A stretch of DNA of 64,000 bases from Protoeuglena noctilucae (Eukaryota). Below, piece by piece: positions 1-13,769 of this stretch. Where the stretch lies: NCBI GenBank assembly GCA_958009085.1, contig OY253672.1:620001-684000 (forward strand). Reading direction: 5' to 3'. Each line of letters starts with the position of its first letter. Positions within the stretch are counted from its first letter, which is position 1. The notes beneath the pieces are model-generated. The model searched no databases and had not been told where the DNA came from. It was given only the letters and a program-made list of their open reading frames with translations. The translations under genes were made by a program, and so were the position numbers.

Positions 1-3000
1 CCGGGAGTCCCGGGCCGACGCGAACGGCGCGCCGCAGATATCCAACGATTTCGACGACGGATTCGAACGCGCGACCTCCGGGGCGGGCGGGGGAGGGTCT
101 CGGCCGGCGACCGGGCGCGGGGTGTCGCAGGCGGCATCGCTGCAGCGGTCGCAGTCGCGGGCACTGAGGGGGATCAGCCAGAGGGGTGAGTGTTGGTGTG
201 TGTGTGTGGGTGTGGGTGTGATGGTGTGATTGGGTCAGCCAGAGGGGTGAGTGGGATGTGGGTCGGTGGTGGTGTGCGGGGTAAGAGGAAGAGGGGTGAG
301 TGGGGGTGTGACAGTGGTGGTGTGGCTGGGGCAGGCAGAGGGATATGACGAGACTGGAACCTCACCCCCATCACCTCTCCCTCTCTCCCTCTCTCGCTCA
401 CCCCCTCCCCCTCCCCTCATCCCACTCCCCTCTCACCTCACCCCAACTCTCTCCTCCGCCACCCCCAGACATGGGCGTCCGCCTTCACACTCACCCCTAT
501 CATCCCTCACCCCACTCCTCACCTCTCACCCCACTATCCTCTCTCACCTCACTCCCCCTCTCCTCTGCACCACCCCCAGACATGGGCGTTCGCCTGCACG
601 ACGGCCTGGTCCAGCCCCGCATCACCAAGGCCCGCATGTCTCCCTTCCAGGGACTGGAGGACGACTCCCCCGCCATGGTGGCAGCCCTGGTCGGGTTCAG
701 CTACCACACCGGTGAGGGGGTGGCAGGGGCAGGGGCACAGGTCAGCTGAGCAGTGTGGTTATGAGGGCATGGTGGGTGAGTAAGTGGGGTTCAGCTACCA
801 CACCGGTGAGGGGGTAGCAGGGGCACAGCCCTCACCAAACCGCCTGCCTTTCAGTGGAACGACACGCACCCACCCTTCACCCGTCCCCACATCATACCCC
901 ATGCCCTCTCTCCCCCCCTCTCCCCCTCTCTCCCCCACCTGCTCGCCACCCTATGTATGAAAACACACCCACCCTTCCCACGTCTCCACATCACCTCATC
1001 AACCTGCTCCCCCCCCTGCAACACGACACGCACCCACCCACCCTTCCCACATCCCCACACCATACCCCTCCCCCCCCTCCCCTCCAGCTGCCTGCCACCC
1101 TACGTATGACCACACACGCACGCACGCACCCCTCCTGCTCCCCCCCTTCATTCCCCCATCACAACCCCCCCTCACCCCTCCCTCCCCCCAGCCGCGGGCA
1201 ACCGTGAGGAGGCCTACAAGGTCGCCAAGAGCATTGCGGACCCTCGGGTGTGGGAGAGCCTGGCGTTGATGTGCATTAAGACGCGGAGACTGGACGTGGC
1301 GGAGCACTGCCTGAGCAACATGGGGCACGTGCAGGGGGCGAGGGCACTGAGGGAGGCCAAGGTGGGGGTTCGTGAATGCTGCTGGGCACACGCTCTGTGC
1401 CAGCCCCACCCACCCTCTCCACCAATCCCACCCTCTCCAACTTTTCACCCTGCCAGCCCCACCCTCTCCACCCTCACCAACCACACCCTCTCCACCCCAC
1501 CCTCTCTCCACCCCACCCCACCCTTCTCACACACCCACCCCACCCTCTCCACCCTTTCTACCAACCCCACCCCACCCTCTCTTTACCCCAACCCTCCCCT
1601 CCAACCCCACACCCATCCCACCCTCGCCACCCACCCCATCCCCTCCACTCCATCCCACCCCACCCCACCCTCTCCACCCCTCCCCTCCCCTCTCCCACAC
1701 CCCCACCCCACACCCCCCAACCCCCCCTTCAGAACGAGGACGACGTCAACGTCCGCGTGGCTCTGGTGGCGGTGCATTTGGGCTTAATCGAGGACGCAGA
1801 GGCCTTACTGACTCAGGCGGGGGAGTGGTCCAAGCTGATTGAGCTGTATGCGGCTGCGGGGGAGTGGGGCAAGGCGATTGCAGTGGCGGAGGGCAAAGAG
1901 CGCATGCGGCTCAAGAGCACGCACTTTGCGCACGCCAGGCATCTGGAGGCGCTGGGGCAGATCGATGCCGCCATGGGGTGAGGGATGGGTGGGTCTGTGG
2001 GGTGGGGGGGGGAGATGATGTGATGTGAGGCGTGGGTGGGGGTGGGAGGTACTGTTGTTATTGGTACGATGTGGCAAATCATGCTTCCCTTCCTCTCGCC
2101 CCTTCTAGCAACACCCATTGCCATCCATCGTTCTGCCTCACCCCCCTTCACCCACCCCCTCTCACCCCCCCTCTCACCCCCCACCCCCGTCCCCCCCCCC
2201 CCCCCCCCCCCCCACCAGTGCCTACGAGCGCAGTGGCTGCCACGTCGACCAGATCCCCCGCATGCTCTTCCAGCAAGGCCAGCTCGACCGACTCCGCGAC
2301 TATGTGATGGCGAAGAGAGACGCGGACCTGCTGACGTGGTGGGCACGGTACTGCGAGGCCACGGGGGACATCGAGGGGGCACTGCAGGTGACGATTGAGT
2401 GGGGTCAACTGGGACAAGTGTGGTGGGTGGGGGTTGGCATTCACAGGGCACATGCACCGTCACCATGCCTTGCATGTACACGCCCCATGCCTCCCTTTCC
2501 CCCCATACACACACCCCCACCCTCCCCACCCATTCAGGTGTACGAGATGGCGGGCAACCACGTGGCGACGGTGAAGCTCCGTTGCATCCAGGGGGACCTG
2601 GAGGGGGCAGAGGCCGTGGTGGAGAACACCCGGGACCCAGGTGAATGATAGGGAAGGGGAGATGGAAATGAGGGATAAGGGGGAGATGTGGAGAACACCA
2701 GGGACCCAGGTGGGAGTGGGTGAATGGGGGACATGAGATGAGGGATGGTCAATATGTCATCATTTAACAGGGAGTGTCGACGAGAGTGCTATGTAAGTGG
2801 GAAACCTTATTGCACTTCCTCCACCCCTCTTCACCCAGCCACCCCTCCACACCCCCACCTCCGCACACCCCCACCAACACCCCTCTCCCCTCTCTCCCCT
2901 TGTAGCCGCCGCCTTCCAGTTAGCCGTGCAGTACGAATCAATGGACCTCCCCGACGAAGCTCTGCGGTTCTTCACCAAGGCAGGCCGGCCCTCCTACGCC

Positions 3001-6000
3001 CTGCGCCTTGCTCTAAAATTGGGTGACGACGTGCAGGTCATGCAGCTGGCGGGGCAGTGCTCGAAATCGGATCGAATCGAGGCGGCAAGGAGGCTGGAGG
3101 AGGCGGGGGATTTGGACAGGGCCGTGAGGCTGTACCAGCTGGGGGGGCACCAGGGGAAAGCACTGGTGAGGGGGGGAGCGTGTGGAGGGTTAGCCGAACC
3201 CATTCCCCCAGAACCTTTGCTTCTTCCCACCCACCCCACCCCACTCATTCCCCCAGGAGCTTTGCTTCCGCCTGGGCCGCTACAGCGCATTGGAGCAGAT
3301 CGCGTCTGAGCTGGACACCTCGTCCGACCCCAGCATTCTCCTCAAGTGCGCCAACTACCTTTTGGACCAGGGACAGCCCGCCAAGGCACTCAGGCGAGAC
3401 TGCCTGTGTGTTGTTGTGATGCAAGTCGCTACGAGGTGCAAGCTGTGCTATGCGATGTGCTCGGGAGTGGCGCAGTGTCCCCGCCACCTTGCTTGCCTTT
3501 ATACTCTTCTACTTAGTCTTGTTTCTCACCATCTGGTCTCCACCCTTTCAATCTCTCACTCGATTGTTACTCGTGCCTCACAACCCCTTTCATGTCAACT
3601 ATCAACCTTCCTACACCGCCCTGCATCTCCCCTATCATCTCCCCCTATCATCGCCCCGCAGGTACCTGGTGATGGCGGGTCAGGTGGAGAGGGCACTGGA
3701 GCTCTGTGAGTCGGGTCTGCAGGGTGCCACGTTGGATGAGGAGGTGGTGGAGTTGATGACGCCGGGGAAGGACAAGGGGACGGCGGAGGAGAGGTGAGGG
3801 GCATGGGGAGGTGGGCATGGGTGTGGTGGTGGTGGTGTGGTGGTAGAGGGGACGGCAGAGGAGAGGTGAGGAGTTTGGGGGGGAGAGGGGGGGGGTGGTG
3901 GTGGTAGAGGAGCGTAGAGTGGTCTATACATACAAACGTTTGACCCTTTCTCTTAGCAACGCCAACCATTCCAAGATCAACAACAAGTCACCCGGTCGTC
4001 ACCCCTCTGCAAAACAACTTTTCAAATCGTATCAAATCACACAGTTACCCCCACTCCCCCCTGCAGGGAGCGCATGCTCCTGCGCATCGGGGAGGCCTGC
4101 CTGCGCCAGGGCGCGTACCACCTGGCCTGCAAGAAGTTCACCCAGGCAGGGGACCGCAAGAGGGGCATGCGCGCTCTGCTGCGGTCGGGGGACAAGGACA
4201 AAATCATCTTCTTCGCCGGGGTGTCCAGGTGACCTGGCGTGGAGGCAGGGGGGAGGGAGACTTTGACTATTGTAACGGCTCGCGAGCGTTGTGTGATGCA
4301 TGCGTAGCCGTCATGGGTTATAGCAGCTCGTCTGAGTTCCCTCTACTGCTAGCTCCACTCTCATTTGCCCTTCTTACCACTCTGCCGCCTCACTTCAACT
4401 CCCCCTTCACTTGCCCCAGCCTCACTTGCCCCTCCCGCCACCCTGTTGCCTCGCAGGGACCGGGAGGTCTACCGCATGGCGGCCAACTTCCTGCAGGCGC
4501 TGGACTGGCGCAACGACCCCGAAGTGACCAAAAACATCATCGGGTTCTACACCAAGGCCAAGGACTTCGCGAGCCTGGCGTCGTTCTACGAGTCTTGCGC
4601 GCAGATGGAAATCGACGAATTCCGAGACTACGAGAAGGCGCTGCAGGCCATGCGCAACGCAGCCAAGTGAGTTTTGGTTATATGTAATTATGCGGGGAGT
4701 CGCGGCGGCGGATGGGAGGCGATGAGGGTGTTATTGCGCTTTGCGATGCGTGGCTGCGGCTCGCCAGTTGTTGCGCAATTAGCACCGATTGCACGCATTT
4801 GGTATCGGCGCAGGTACCTGGACAAGGCCGGCCCTGATCACGCCCTGGCCAAGGCGTCGCTGACGGACCGCCAGGTCATGGTCGAGCGGTACCTGCAGGT
4901 GCGACACCGTCGACACTGGCGACAAGCGAGCAGAGAATTCAAATACCCGCGTACTCTGCGCGCTCTTCTCACGCGATTACGCTTCTCGCACATCCCGGCT
5001 GTGTTCCTGAGCCTGTGTATTTTAGGTTATCTTCTCATCATCTCCCTGTCTCCCCAGGCCCGCGCCGTGCTGGCGCCAGACGCGGGCAACCCGGCCGCCG
5101 TGGCCGCAGCGACGCCCGAGGCGGTGGCGGAGGCGGAGAGGGCGTGCGTGAAGCTCATCAACGAGGCGCCTGAGGAGGCGAGGGGCACAGCGGGATTGGC
5201 CAGCGACGCGGTCAGCCATGCCCACCCACCCTTTGCGCATTGTCGCACAGTTGTAACCAACCCAACCAACCCTTGGTCTGCGCTCACCGCTCAGCCACCC
5301 TTGCGCACGGTTGCATTGTCACCAACCCAACCAACCCTTGGCCTGCGTTCACCTCTCAGCCACCCTTGCACATGGTCACACAGTTGTAACTACCACCCCC
5401 TGGTTTCCTTCCCCCTCCCCAGGTGGCCCCGCAGGAGGCGTGCATCCGCGTGGGCGACGTCTTTGCGATGCTGGTGGAGCACAAGCACGGGCAGGGGCAG
5501 CTGACCCAGGCGCACCTGCTGCTGCGGAAGATGCGGGAGAGGGGGCTCGTGCTGGCGCCCTACATCGACAGCAAGGCGAGCGAGTGCACTGTTGGGTGTG
5601 TTGTCTGGTGGCCCTGATTGCACCACCACAGACGCATCCTCATTGCATCACGCACGTCCCCTCATTGCGCACCACACCCACATGCCCCCGTCATCGCACT
5701 CCGCACACACACCACCTCTCATCGTACCACACATCACACACACACCACCCCTCATCACACCCCACACACACGACCCCTCACCGCACCTCTCACCGCAGCC
5801 CAACACAACACACCCACACACAAGGGCCCCCCCCTCGTTCCTCCCCAGATCCTCGCCGAGATCCTCGAGGCGGTGGGGGAGGCCCCCGATGCTCATGTCC
5901 CCAACCGGGACGCCCCTGAGGTCGAAGACGAGGTGGACTCGGATGTGGGGGCGGGGGCGGTGGATGAGAGCGTCGACTCGGGGACCGATGACGGCTTCTG

Positions 6001-6001
6001 A
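1..6001 (+). CDS. IFT140: Intraflagellar transport protein 140 (IFT-A), C-terminal TPR half; ~16 exons, 5' end lies upstream of the window
   Basis: Spliced exons give IFT140-typical peptides: [38 protein letters not shown] (~1248-1360), [40 protein letters not shown] (~4110-4228), [29 protein letters not shown]...[20 protein letters not shown] (~4476-4640) and [14 protein letters not shown]. Stop TGA is at 5999-6001 and splice phases are consistent. Confidence 0.95.
2191..2213 (+). repeat. Poly-C tract (23 nt) directly before an IFT140 acceptor site
   Basis: Run of C followed by accag|TGCCTAC. Confidence 0.9.
5251..5390 (+). repeat. Intronic tandem duplication (~65-bp unit x2) in IFT140
   Basis: ttgt(a/c)accaacccaaccaacccttgg(t/c)ctgcg(c/t)tcacc(g/t)ctcagccacccttgc occurs twice in tandem. 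Confidence 0.85.
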
Positions 6002-6535
6002 GGGTGGTAGCTGTGTGTCGTGTTCTCTGTGATTGGATGCGACACTGTCATTGGATGTGACAAGGAGTGACGACGGTGGGGTGTGTAGCTGGGGTGACAA
6101 CGGTGTGCAAGCCAACCAAGGCTGTGCTTAGCATAGGTGCTGGCTGTGTGAACGAGGTCGAAGTTCGATTATAACTGTGTGGGTATTGTGGCACTTCGGC
6201 GGTATTCAGTTCAAGTCGGTCACTCCATGAGCGGTTGGTATCAAGCCTGGCCTAGAAAGGGGCGACGACAGGGTGGAAAGACACAGCTTCCGTGACACAA
6301 GACAGGGCGCATGCCGCCGTACGTGCCAGCAACGCTCTGGCACACACCGGGCATGCCGGGCAAGCAACAGGTGTGGGCAGGCAGGTCAGAGCGATGGCAG
6401 GCACGGCTATCGGCGACCCGACAGGGCAAGAGACACCCTACCACAATGGCACAGCCATCGACAGCCGCTGCTACATCGCTCGTCATCAACATCGGCATCG
6501 GCAGCTATGGCTTGGTCGGAACGCGTCCCCGCTCC

Positions 6536-9500
6536 TCAGTCCAGCGCGGGGTGGTGACCGTGGCCGTTGGCCATCGCTGAGCCGGCGACGCTGCGCGCGT
6601 AGGCGGAGTGAGGGGCAGGCAGACCGTACACCGCCTTGCCTTCACTGCAGGCGGGGCACGGCAGAGAGCCAGGGTTAAGTTCAGTCATGGTCGTTGCTTG
6701 CCTTGACACACTGATTACAACCTCTACCCCTAGCCTACATCACACACGGACACCAACCAGCACGTAACCACAACAGCGCACTCCATCTCAGTCACAGCAC
6801 GCCCCACGCACCCACGACATCCCCCGACACTCACTGCATGGCCACGGCAGGGTACGGCGCCCCACGCGGTGTCGCGGCCTCCCCGCCCCTGGCCCTCTCG
6901 GCCGCCGCCGCGTCCCGCAACGCCCAGACCTCCTGCTGCAGGGCGTGCGCCCTCCTCCCCACGTCCTGTATTTCCCCGATGTCCTGCAACCGCATGCGCT
7001 CCAAGGCGTGCACCCGACGCAGCTCCACCTGCAGCCGCTTGTGGGCCTCGGCCTCCTTCTGGCGCGACTCGCTCTGCGGGGGAGAGGACGGTGTTGATGA
7101 GAAAGGGAATGCGAGTTGCTTTGCATGTGAGCGAACGCTGCTGTTGAGACGGGGAACACAGCGTATCGCATGCGCATGGCACGGGCCCTCCAGACACAAA
7201 CCAACTGCTTCTCTACGCTAGGTCTTGAGATGCTCTCGCCGATCCCCACCCCACTTACTCCGCTGCTTGCCCTGCGCTCACCAGCAGCGTGCGCGTCTTC
7301 GCCTCCAGGTAGTGCGCCTCTTCGAGCTGTGCCCGCTGCAACGTGCTCTGCTCCGTTTGCTCTTTAAGGCTGTGCTCCAGCACGCGGACGTACGTGTCGA
7401 GGGGACTCTGGCCCAGGGTGGCCGGCCGGCCGTGCACCCCCAGCTGAGAGACGGCGTCCGCATTGGCGCCGGCCGCGGCTGCCGCCAGCACGTCGGCAAT
7501 CGACCTGGAGAGCACGGCGCACGGGGAGGGGTCGTGATGTGGAGAGTGGTTGATACGGGTGATGACTGGAGAGTCTGACTTGTATCGTTTGGTTTGTTGG
7601 CAGGAAGATGCAGTCCCAGCACAGCGCATCGGCAGCATGTCCCCGCATCTCTGCCGCACGCAATCACCGCACCTCTGCTGCGCCTCTGCCAGCTGCGTCC
7701 CCAGTCGCTGCTGCACGTGCCGCGCCTGCCCCAGCGCCTCCTCCGCGTTCCGCAGCCGCTGCGTCAGCTCCTGCACCTCCCGAGTCAGGTCCGCGTTGGC
7801 CAGCGCCAGCTGCTCGGCGCGCTGCGTGGCCGCGTACACGGACTGCCTGCGACACGGGAATCGAATGGTAAAGAGACGTTAGATGTGGTGTTTGCTGTCC
7901 GCCTGTTGCAGAACACTTCACGAGAGCTGCGCCGCTTCCCAGCATGCATCGACCGGCGTCCCTTGAGCACCACTGCAACCCGGCAGCAGGGCACAGTAAC
8001 GCCTCAGCCCGCCCCTTGCCTCTGGCGGTCGGCGTCCTTGTGCACGTCCGCCTCCCTCGCCCGCTCCGCCACGTGCTCCCTCCGCTGCACCGCCAGCTGA
8101 CCCTCCAGCTCCTGCACGCGCCCCGCCAGCGCCCGCACCCGCGCCTCCGCGTCCTCCGCACGGCGATGCCCGCCCTCCTGGGCAGCGGTCGCTTCCCTGC
8201 GGCCACCACGGTGTACAACACCTGAAGCATCAAGGACCCACGCAAAGCACCGGCACCTTGCTTGGCACCCCCAAGCAAGTTGAGGTTCCCAGCGCACACA
8301 GCCCTGCACGTGCATCATCGCGCACTGCACTGAGCACGTTCAGCCACATGTGCTCTCTCTCTCCTTCTCACTTGAGCCTCCCCTGCAGCGACTGCACCGC
8401 CGCGGCCAGGTCCTGGACTTGCTGCCGGTGCGCCGACTTGACGCGGTCCCACTCCTCCCGCCACGCCGATTTCAACGCCTCCAGCTCCTCCACCCGAGCC
8501 TGGGACTCCCGCAGCCGCGCCTTCAGGTCCCCGTACTCCCCCAGGCGAGACTCGCTCTCCCGTCGCAACGCCTCAGCCTGCAATGGCACACAGCACACGG
8601 TGTCATGCGAGATGGGATGGGATTTGCGAGCACTTCCGGCAATGGCCCTGCACCCGCCAGCCAGCCGACCACTGTTGACTGCGCACAACAGGGGCAAGGC
8701 GACCCACAGTGCCACCCTCACGGCCCCCCACACTCCCAGCGCCCGCTTGTCATCTTCATCATCACCTGCGCCTTGGCCGCCTCCCCGTCCCTCCCCGCCC
8801 TCTCCGCCGCATCCAGTCGGCCCTGCAGCACCCCGACCTCCCGCTGCGACGTGGTCAGCGCGCTCCGGGCGTCCGCCAGCTGACGCTCCAGCTCCGCCAC
8901 GTGATCGTCGTACCTCGAACGCAGGGTGCGGACCTCCGCGGCCTCCTCCGCGCTGCGACGCGCGTCCACCTGCGCCTCCCTTGCCTGGGACAGGGAACAG
9001 AGAAGACGCATGTGATAGGCGCAAAGCGCTCTAGGATGCATGGCTTCTGCTTGACGGCTCGCAGCCCGCGCGTCGTGCGGATGTCTTCGTGCACATTTGC
9101 ACCACTCACCTGCGCCTCTGCCTTCTCGGCGCGCTGCCGCCCCTCGGCGATCTGGGCCTTGAGCTTGGAGACTTGATTCTGGCTCTTGTCCATCTCCGCC
9201 TTCATATCCTGAAGCAGCCGGCCGAGGAGCTGGTTCTCCGCCTTGTAATCCCTGCGGAGGGAACGCGAATGCGCTTCATCCCGCGGCGCAGCGCACGTCA
9301 TTGTCATGGCACGTGCGCCTGGCCCGCGACTCGCCGCAGCTTCTCCGAAAGGAGCTCGATGTGGTCATTTGTGCGGAGCTTACGGGTCGGCGAAGTCAGA
9401 GAGCTGACATCCGCCGACCCCGCCCGCGTGATGACGCCGCCAAAGCTCTTGTTGAGCATCGCGATGTCAGCCGCAGGCCACCCGGGCCTCGGTGGTTGCC

Positions 9501-9723
9501 TGCCTGGTGTCCGCGGGGCCCCAACAGGCTGCGTGGGAGGCGAGAATCGTCATTGTCGCTGCGAGCCCGACGCTGGCGAGCGATGGACGTGCAAAATTCC
9601 CCCACGTCTGCCACGGGGCCATGTGAGGAGGCTCTCCCTCCTCAATCCCCCACAAACCCTTCCGCGAGTGTGTGCGGGGAGAGCTGAAGCATGCAGACGT
9701 GGCGCGCTCAAAACGGGTGCCAT
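6536..9723 (-). CDS. Uncharacterised long coiled-coil protein (~10 exons; start uncertain, 9723 or 9459)
   Basis: In-phase exons rich in E/Q/R/A/L heptads: MLNKSFGGVITRAG...LLSEKLR, DYKAENQLLGRLLQDMKAEMDKSQNQVSKLKAQ, YDDHVAELERQLADARSAL, LDTYVRVLEHSLKEQ. The last exon ends ...GHHPALD* (TGA at 6538-6536). Confidence 0.7.
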
Positions 9724-10613
9724 CGCGGCGCGGCTCGTCGTGCCGGCTAGCATCGCACGCATCTCGCAGGTTCCGGGCGAAACCAAGAGGCTTTAAACCC
9801 CGAGCTCACCGTCCCTGCTGTCGACGTACACGTGAATCGCACAACCGATGCGCGAGACACGCGCCTCTCCCGGGATCGGCAGAGGATGGCCCGCTTCTGG
9901 GCCAGGGTCTGCACCGATGAAGGACAGCTCACGCCTCCCCGCTATGCTTGCGAATAAATTGCGAGCAGGTGCACTCGCAGACCGTTTTGCGCTCCCCGGC
10001 CCCCTGGCACTTTTTGTCTGACATGTGGCGCAGGAATCTCCTAGCCGCTCCCGTGGCGCGGCTGCGTGTAGCAAACGGTGTTTAGCCGCTGCGGCGAGGC
10101 TGCGGACAGTGACGCAGGGGAAACCCGCCATTCCTGGGACCCGGGAGGTGGCCTGCGAGCCCGGGTGAGGCTCAGCTGCCGGCCGCACCCTTTATGATAT
10201 CCCTGGCTTCAAGAGGGTATGTTTGAGTACCAGCACAGAAAGGACGGCCTGGTCCCGGCCCGCGCATCCTTCGGGGACGCAGCAAATGCATGCGCATGTC
10301 ACACCGCATCGCGGCAGGGCCGGGGAGGGTTCTTCGCACTCAAATGACGTCTCATCAAGGCTGCGTGATGCATGATAAATGTCTGCGAAGCGCCTTTCGG
10401 CCCTGCGGACGCGTGCTGCGTGGGGTCGGCGCAGACGACACCGCTGGGCCAACTTTCGCGCGCAGGTCATCGCTGGAGCTCGCCAGAGGGCGCTGCTGAT
10501 TTGACTGGCCGATAGCAATCTCGGCGCCCGCGGGAGCCCCGTCCCGTCGCTCCTGACGAGGTCTACGGCCCAGGAATTGCCGTCACGGGCACATCTGTGG
10601 GACCCCGGGAGCC

Positions 10614-13605
10614 ATGGCGACGCTGGATGGGCTCGGAGGGAGCCGCAAGGATGTCGGCACCACCGAGCGGCAGGAGCCTCGCGTGGTGCAGAGGCTGGTG
10701 AGGGCTGCAGTCCGCGTGGCATAGGCAGCTGCGGCAACGTCGCTGCGATGTTGTATCTAAGCCCCGGCTTCTCTTTTGGTCTCGCCAGACCCCCATGGAG
10801 GCCGCTCACGTGTACACCGTGATCGGGCAGTCGATGAATCGCCTGCACCTGGTGGGCGCCATCACGGTCGACCAGGAGATCCAGACCCAGCAAATGACAC
10901 AGGCGAGCGGGGCACAGCTACGTTGCACGCCAGCATGCGACAATGTCCACTTTTCCTGTTCGAGCTCCTTCCGAGCGTTTCTTGCTGGCAGACGTCGACT
11001 GGTGCGACGGTGCGAGTGGCACGGGCGATCCTGCTTTGGTACGCCCACCCGCGCAGAACGTGGGAGAGGAGATCTCTCGGATGATTGCGGAGCAGAAGGA
11101 GCTGGAGAAGACGTTCCAGAACCTGATCGAGCAGCAGCAGGCGCTGCGGGGCGTGGTCAACCAGAGCAAGCTCAAGGAGAACTCACGGGAGGTGAGGGAG
11201 ATTGTGGGTGACGCACACACAAGTGACATCAGCCAGCTGTGGGGGCGTGGGACATACGGTGAATCGAGGTCACAGCGATGGAGACTGACTGTATGCCCAG
11301 GCAGCTTCTCGACTGTAAGCGTTCCTGCGGCGAGACCCCTGTTCACGTGGCCTCTGCGTCGTGCCCGTACCCTGCAGGTCAAGATGGTGTCGGACGCGCT
11401 CCGTGAGAGCACGGCCAAGCTGTGCCGGAACCTGAAGTCGACGCCGAACGTGGTGGACAACATCAGCAAGGTCATGCAGCAGCGACTGTACCTCCAGGAC
11501 CTGTTCAACCGGTGAGGGCCGTGGCGATGCGACGTTTGTGCATGTGAGACAGACTGACGAACTGCTTTCAACAGCCCAGCAGTGATTGCTTCGCTCGTTG
11601 AGACGACAGCCGGCGTTGCCAGTGCTTGAGCTGTGATTTGTGCAAGCGCTTGCTGCAAAGAGACCGTGCTGACCCGATCCCTCATGTGCAGGTCCCACGC
11701 CCAGCTGATCCACACGCGCCGGCTCATGTCTGTGAGGGACTACGTGGACGACCAGGAGAAGTCGCGGAGGGAGGAGGAGCAGAGGGCCATTGAGCAGCGG
11801 CACTTGAGCGGTGCGTGCTTGTGTTACATGCGATGCCCCTTGCACGCGGTGCACTGCAAGGCACACATGTTGGATGTCTGTGCACGTGGTTGCTGAGTCA
11901 GTGCTCCGTTTGCTATGATGCCAGCAACGGCGTCTAAGCCAGCCTGCCTCGTCTAAGCATAGTGCGTGTGTGTCCACCCATCGTGCGAGTCCCGTCTCTG
12001 CGCATACTCACAACATATGTGTATGCCTGATCGCCTCGTCTTTTCCTCTTTTCCCCGCAGAGGTGGTGAAGGAGCTGAAGGCGGTTCGGGCCCAAGAGGA
12101 GGCGGCGCACGCGGAGCAGATGACACAGCGACGCGCACAGCTGACCAAGGAGAAGGAACGGCTCAAGGTGGTCAAGGTGACATGCTGATTTACAAAGCAA
12201 AGTGCTCTGCATCTTCTATAAGGGTCGCCGGTTCCAGAGCAAGGGCTAGGCAAGGCCAGTTTCGCGACACACAGTACAGCTGAGAGTGAGCGCTTGGTGG
12301 GATCCGATTCAAATTCCCGCCATGCCTGCGCAGGTGGAGTACGAGAAGGAGGCCATCTACCAGCGGCGGTCCAAGCTCGGGGCGAACGAGTGCCACCGCA
12401 ACCTGCAGCACGCTGAGCTGGAGGAGCTGCAGCAGCAGGTCTTCCGCCTCAAGCAGGAGCTCAAGGTGACGAACACAGCGCGAATGAACGAAGCGATTTC
12501 GTTTACATTTTTGCGCTGATGCTTGCTATTGCAAAGGGCAAGGTGCTGGGTTTTGCGGAGGCCCGCCATGGCTGCAGCCGCGAGGTCGGTCTTGCAAGGC
12601 GTTGCTCTTGCAATTTCAAACTTAGCACCTCCACCTTCTCGCCTCGCAGATCGAGGAGCAGGTCCACGCGCAGATCATGAAGTTCGAGACGGCCAAGTCG
12701 CAGCAGCTGCGGTCGCTCAACAACAACTGGGCCGACGCCAAGACGCGCGACGGGGCGAAGCTGGACAAGTGAGTGATGGGTCGTGACAAAGCTACATGGC
12801 TCGCAACAAGGCTCACTTGTGATTCTCGAGGAGCCCCTGGCCCCTTGCTCTGCTGCAACAGGACCCGCAGTGTCGCGCGCATGTCCCGTGACCCCCGCAC
12901 CGGCTGCACACGCCCGTGCCCCGCTCCACTCTCCCTCGCGCAGGGAGATGACCAACATCTTAACAACGCACCAGCGCGACCTGCGGCAGCACCTGGTGGT
13001 CGAGCAGGAGTACAAGAAGGAGCTGGCGCTGAAACGCCAGAGGGACGAGCTCATCGTGAGCCGGGAGCTGGCCAAGCGATTCGAGCAGCCGGCCGTCAAG
13101 GCCCGGTTCGAGAGGTGCGGGGCTGGTTGGATGATGCTTCTGAAAACGTGGATGGGGAGTGCAGGGCACGGGGATGACAAACCAGCACATTTGTTCACAT
13201 GTCACTGTGCTGCCGAGTGCCAATAAATGGTGAAGGCCAACCGCCACCTGCTCCCACCCCCGCAGGTGCACGCTGCTGATCCAGCGCGTGTGGCGGGGCT
13301 ACCACATCCGGCGCCGCCTGCAGCAGGGCGTGGGTGACGCTGTGACTAAGCATGTGGAGGACGAGGCAGCGGCGAGGGCAGAGGAGGCGGCGCGGCTGGC
13401 GGCAGAGGAGGCGGAGCAGGCGGCGTATGCGGGGGGTTACGCTGCGGCGGGAGACGAGGCGGGCGCGGCTGGCGGGGCGGAGGGGGCGGACGCGGCGGGA
13501 GCGGCGGCGGGCGATGGGTCGGGGGCAGGGGAGAGCGACGCTGCGGCAGCGCAGGGGGCGGAAAGCGGAGAGGGGCCGGAGGCAGCCGCTGCAGCCGAGG
13601 CATGA
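10614..13605 (+). CDS. DRC9: Nexin-dynein regulatory complex subunit 9 (IQCG/FAP122-like), coiled coil plus IQ motif
   Basis: Exons encode NVGEEISRMIAEQKELEKTFQNLI and LRESTAKLCRNLKSTPNVVDNISKV, matching my recollection of algal DRC9. There is a C-terminal IQ motif (LLIQRVWRGYHIRRRL) followed by an acidic Ala/Gly tail. First exon MATLDGL...VVQRL starts at 10614. Confidence 0.8.
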
Positions 13606-13769
13606 GGGGCTGCTGGCACGTTGTGAGCCATAGTAGCCACGTCGTGTCATGCTGTCGTTTGAAGTCGTTTGGCTTGCGGCAATGCTTTCTACACTCTGCA
13701 CTCCTTGAACCTCAGCCTTGGGATGAAACGTGAATGAAAGCAATGGCATCACGCATATTACAAAGCAAC

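Noticed and set aside
10369..10436. Hairpin resembling a SECIS element or ncRNA upstream of DRC9
   Set aside because: It lacks the 3' GA of the SECIS core, no in-frame-UGA gene lies upstream, and such pairing is expected by chance in GC-rich DNA.
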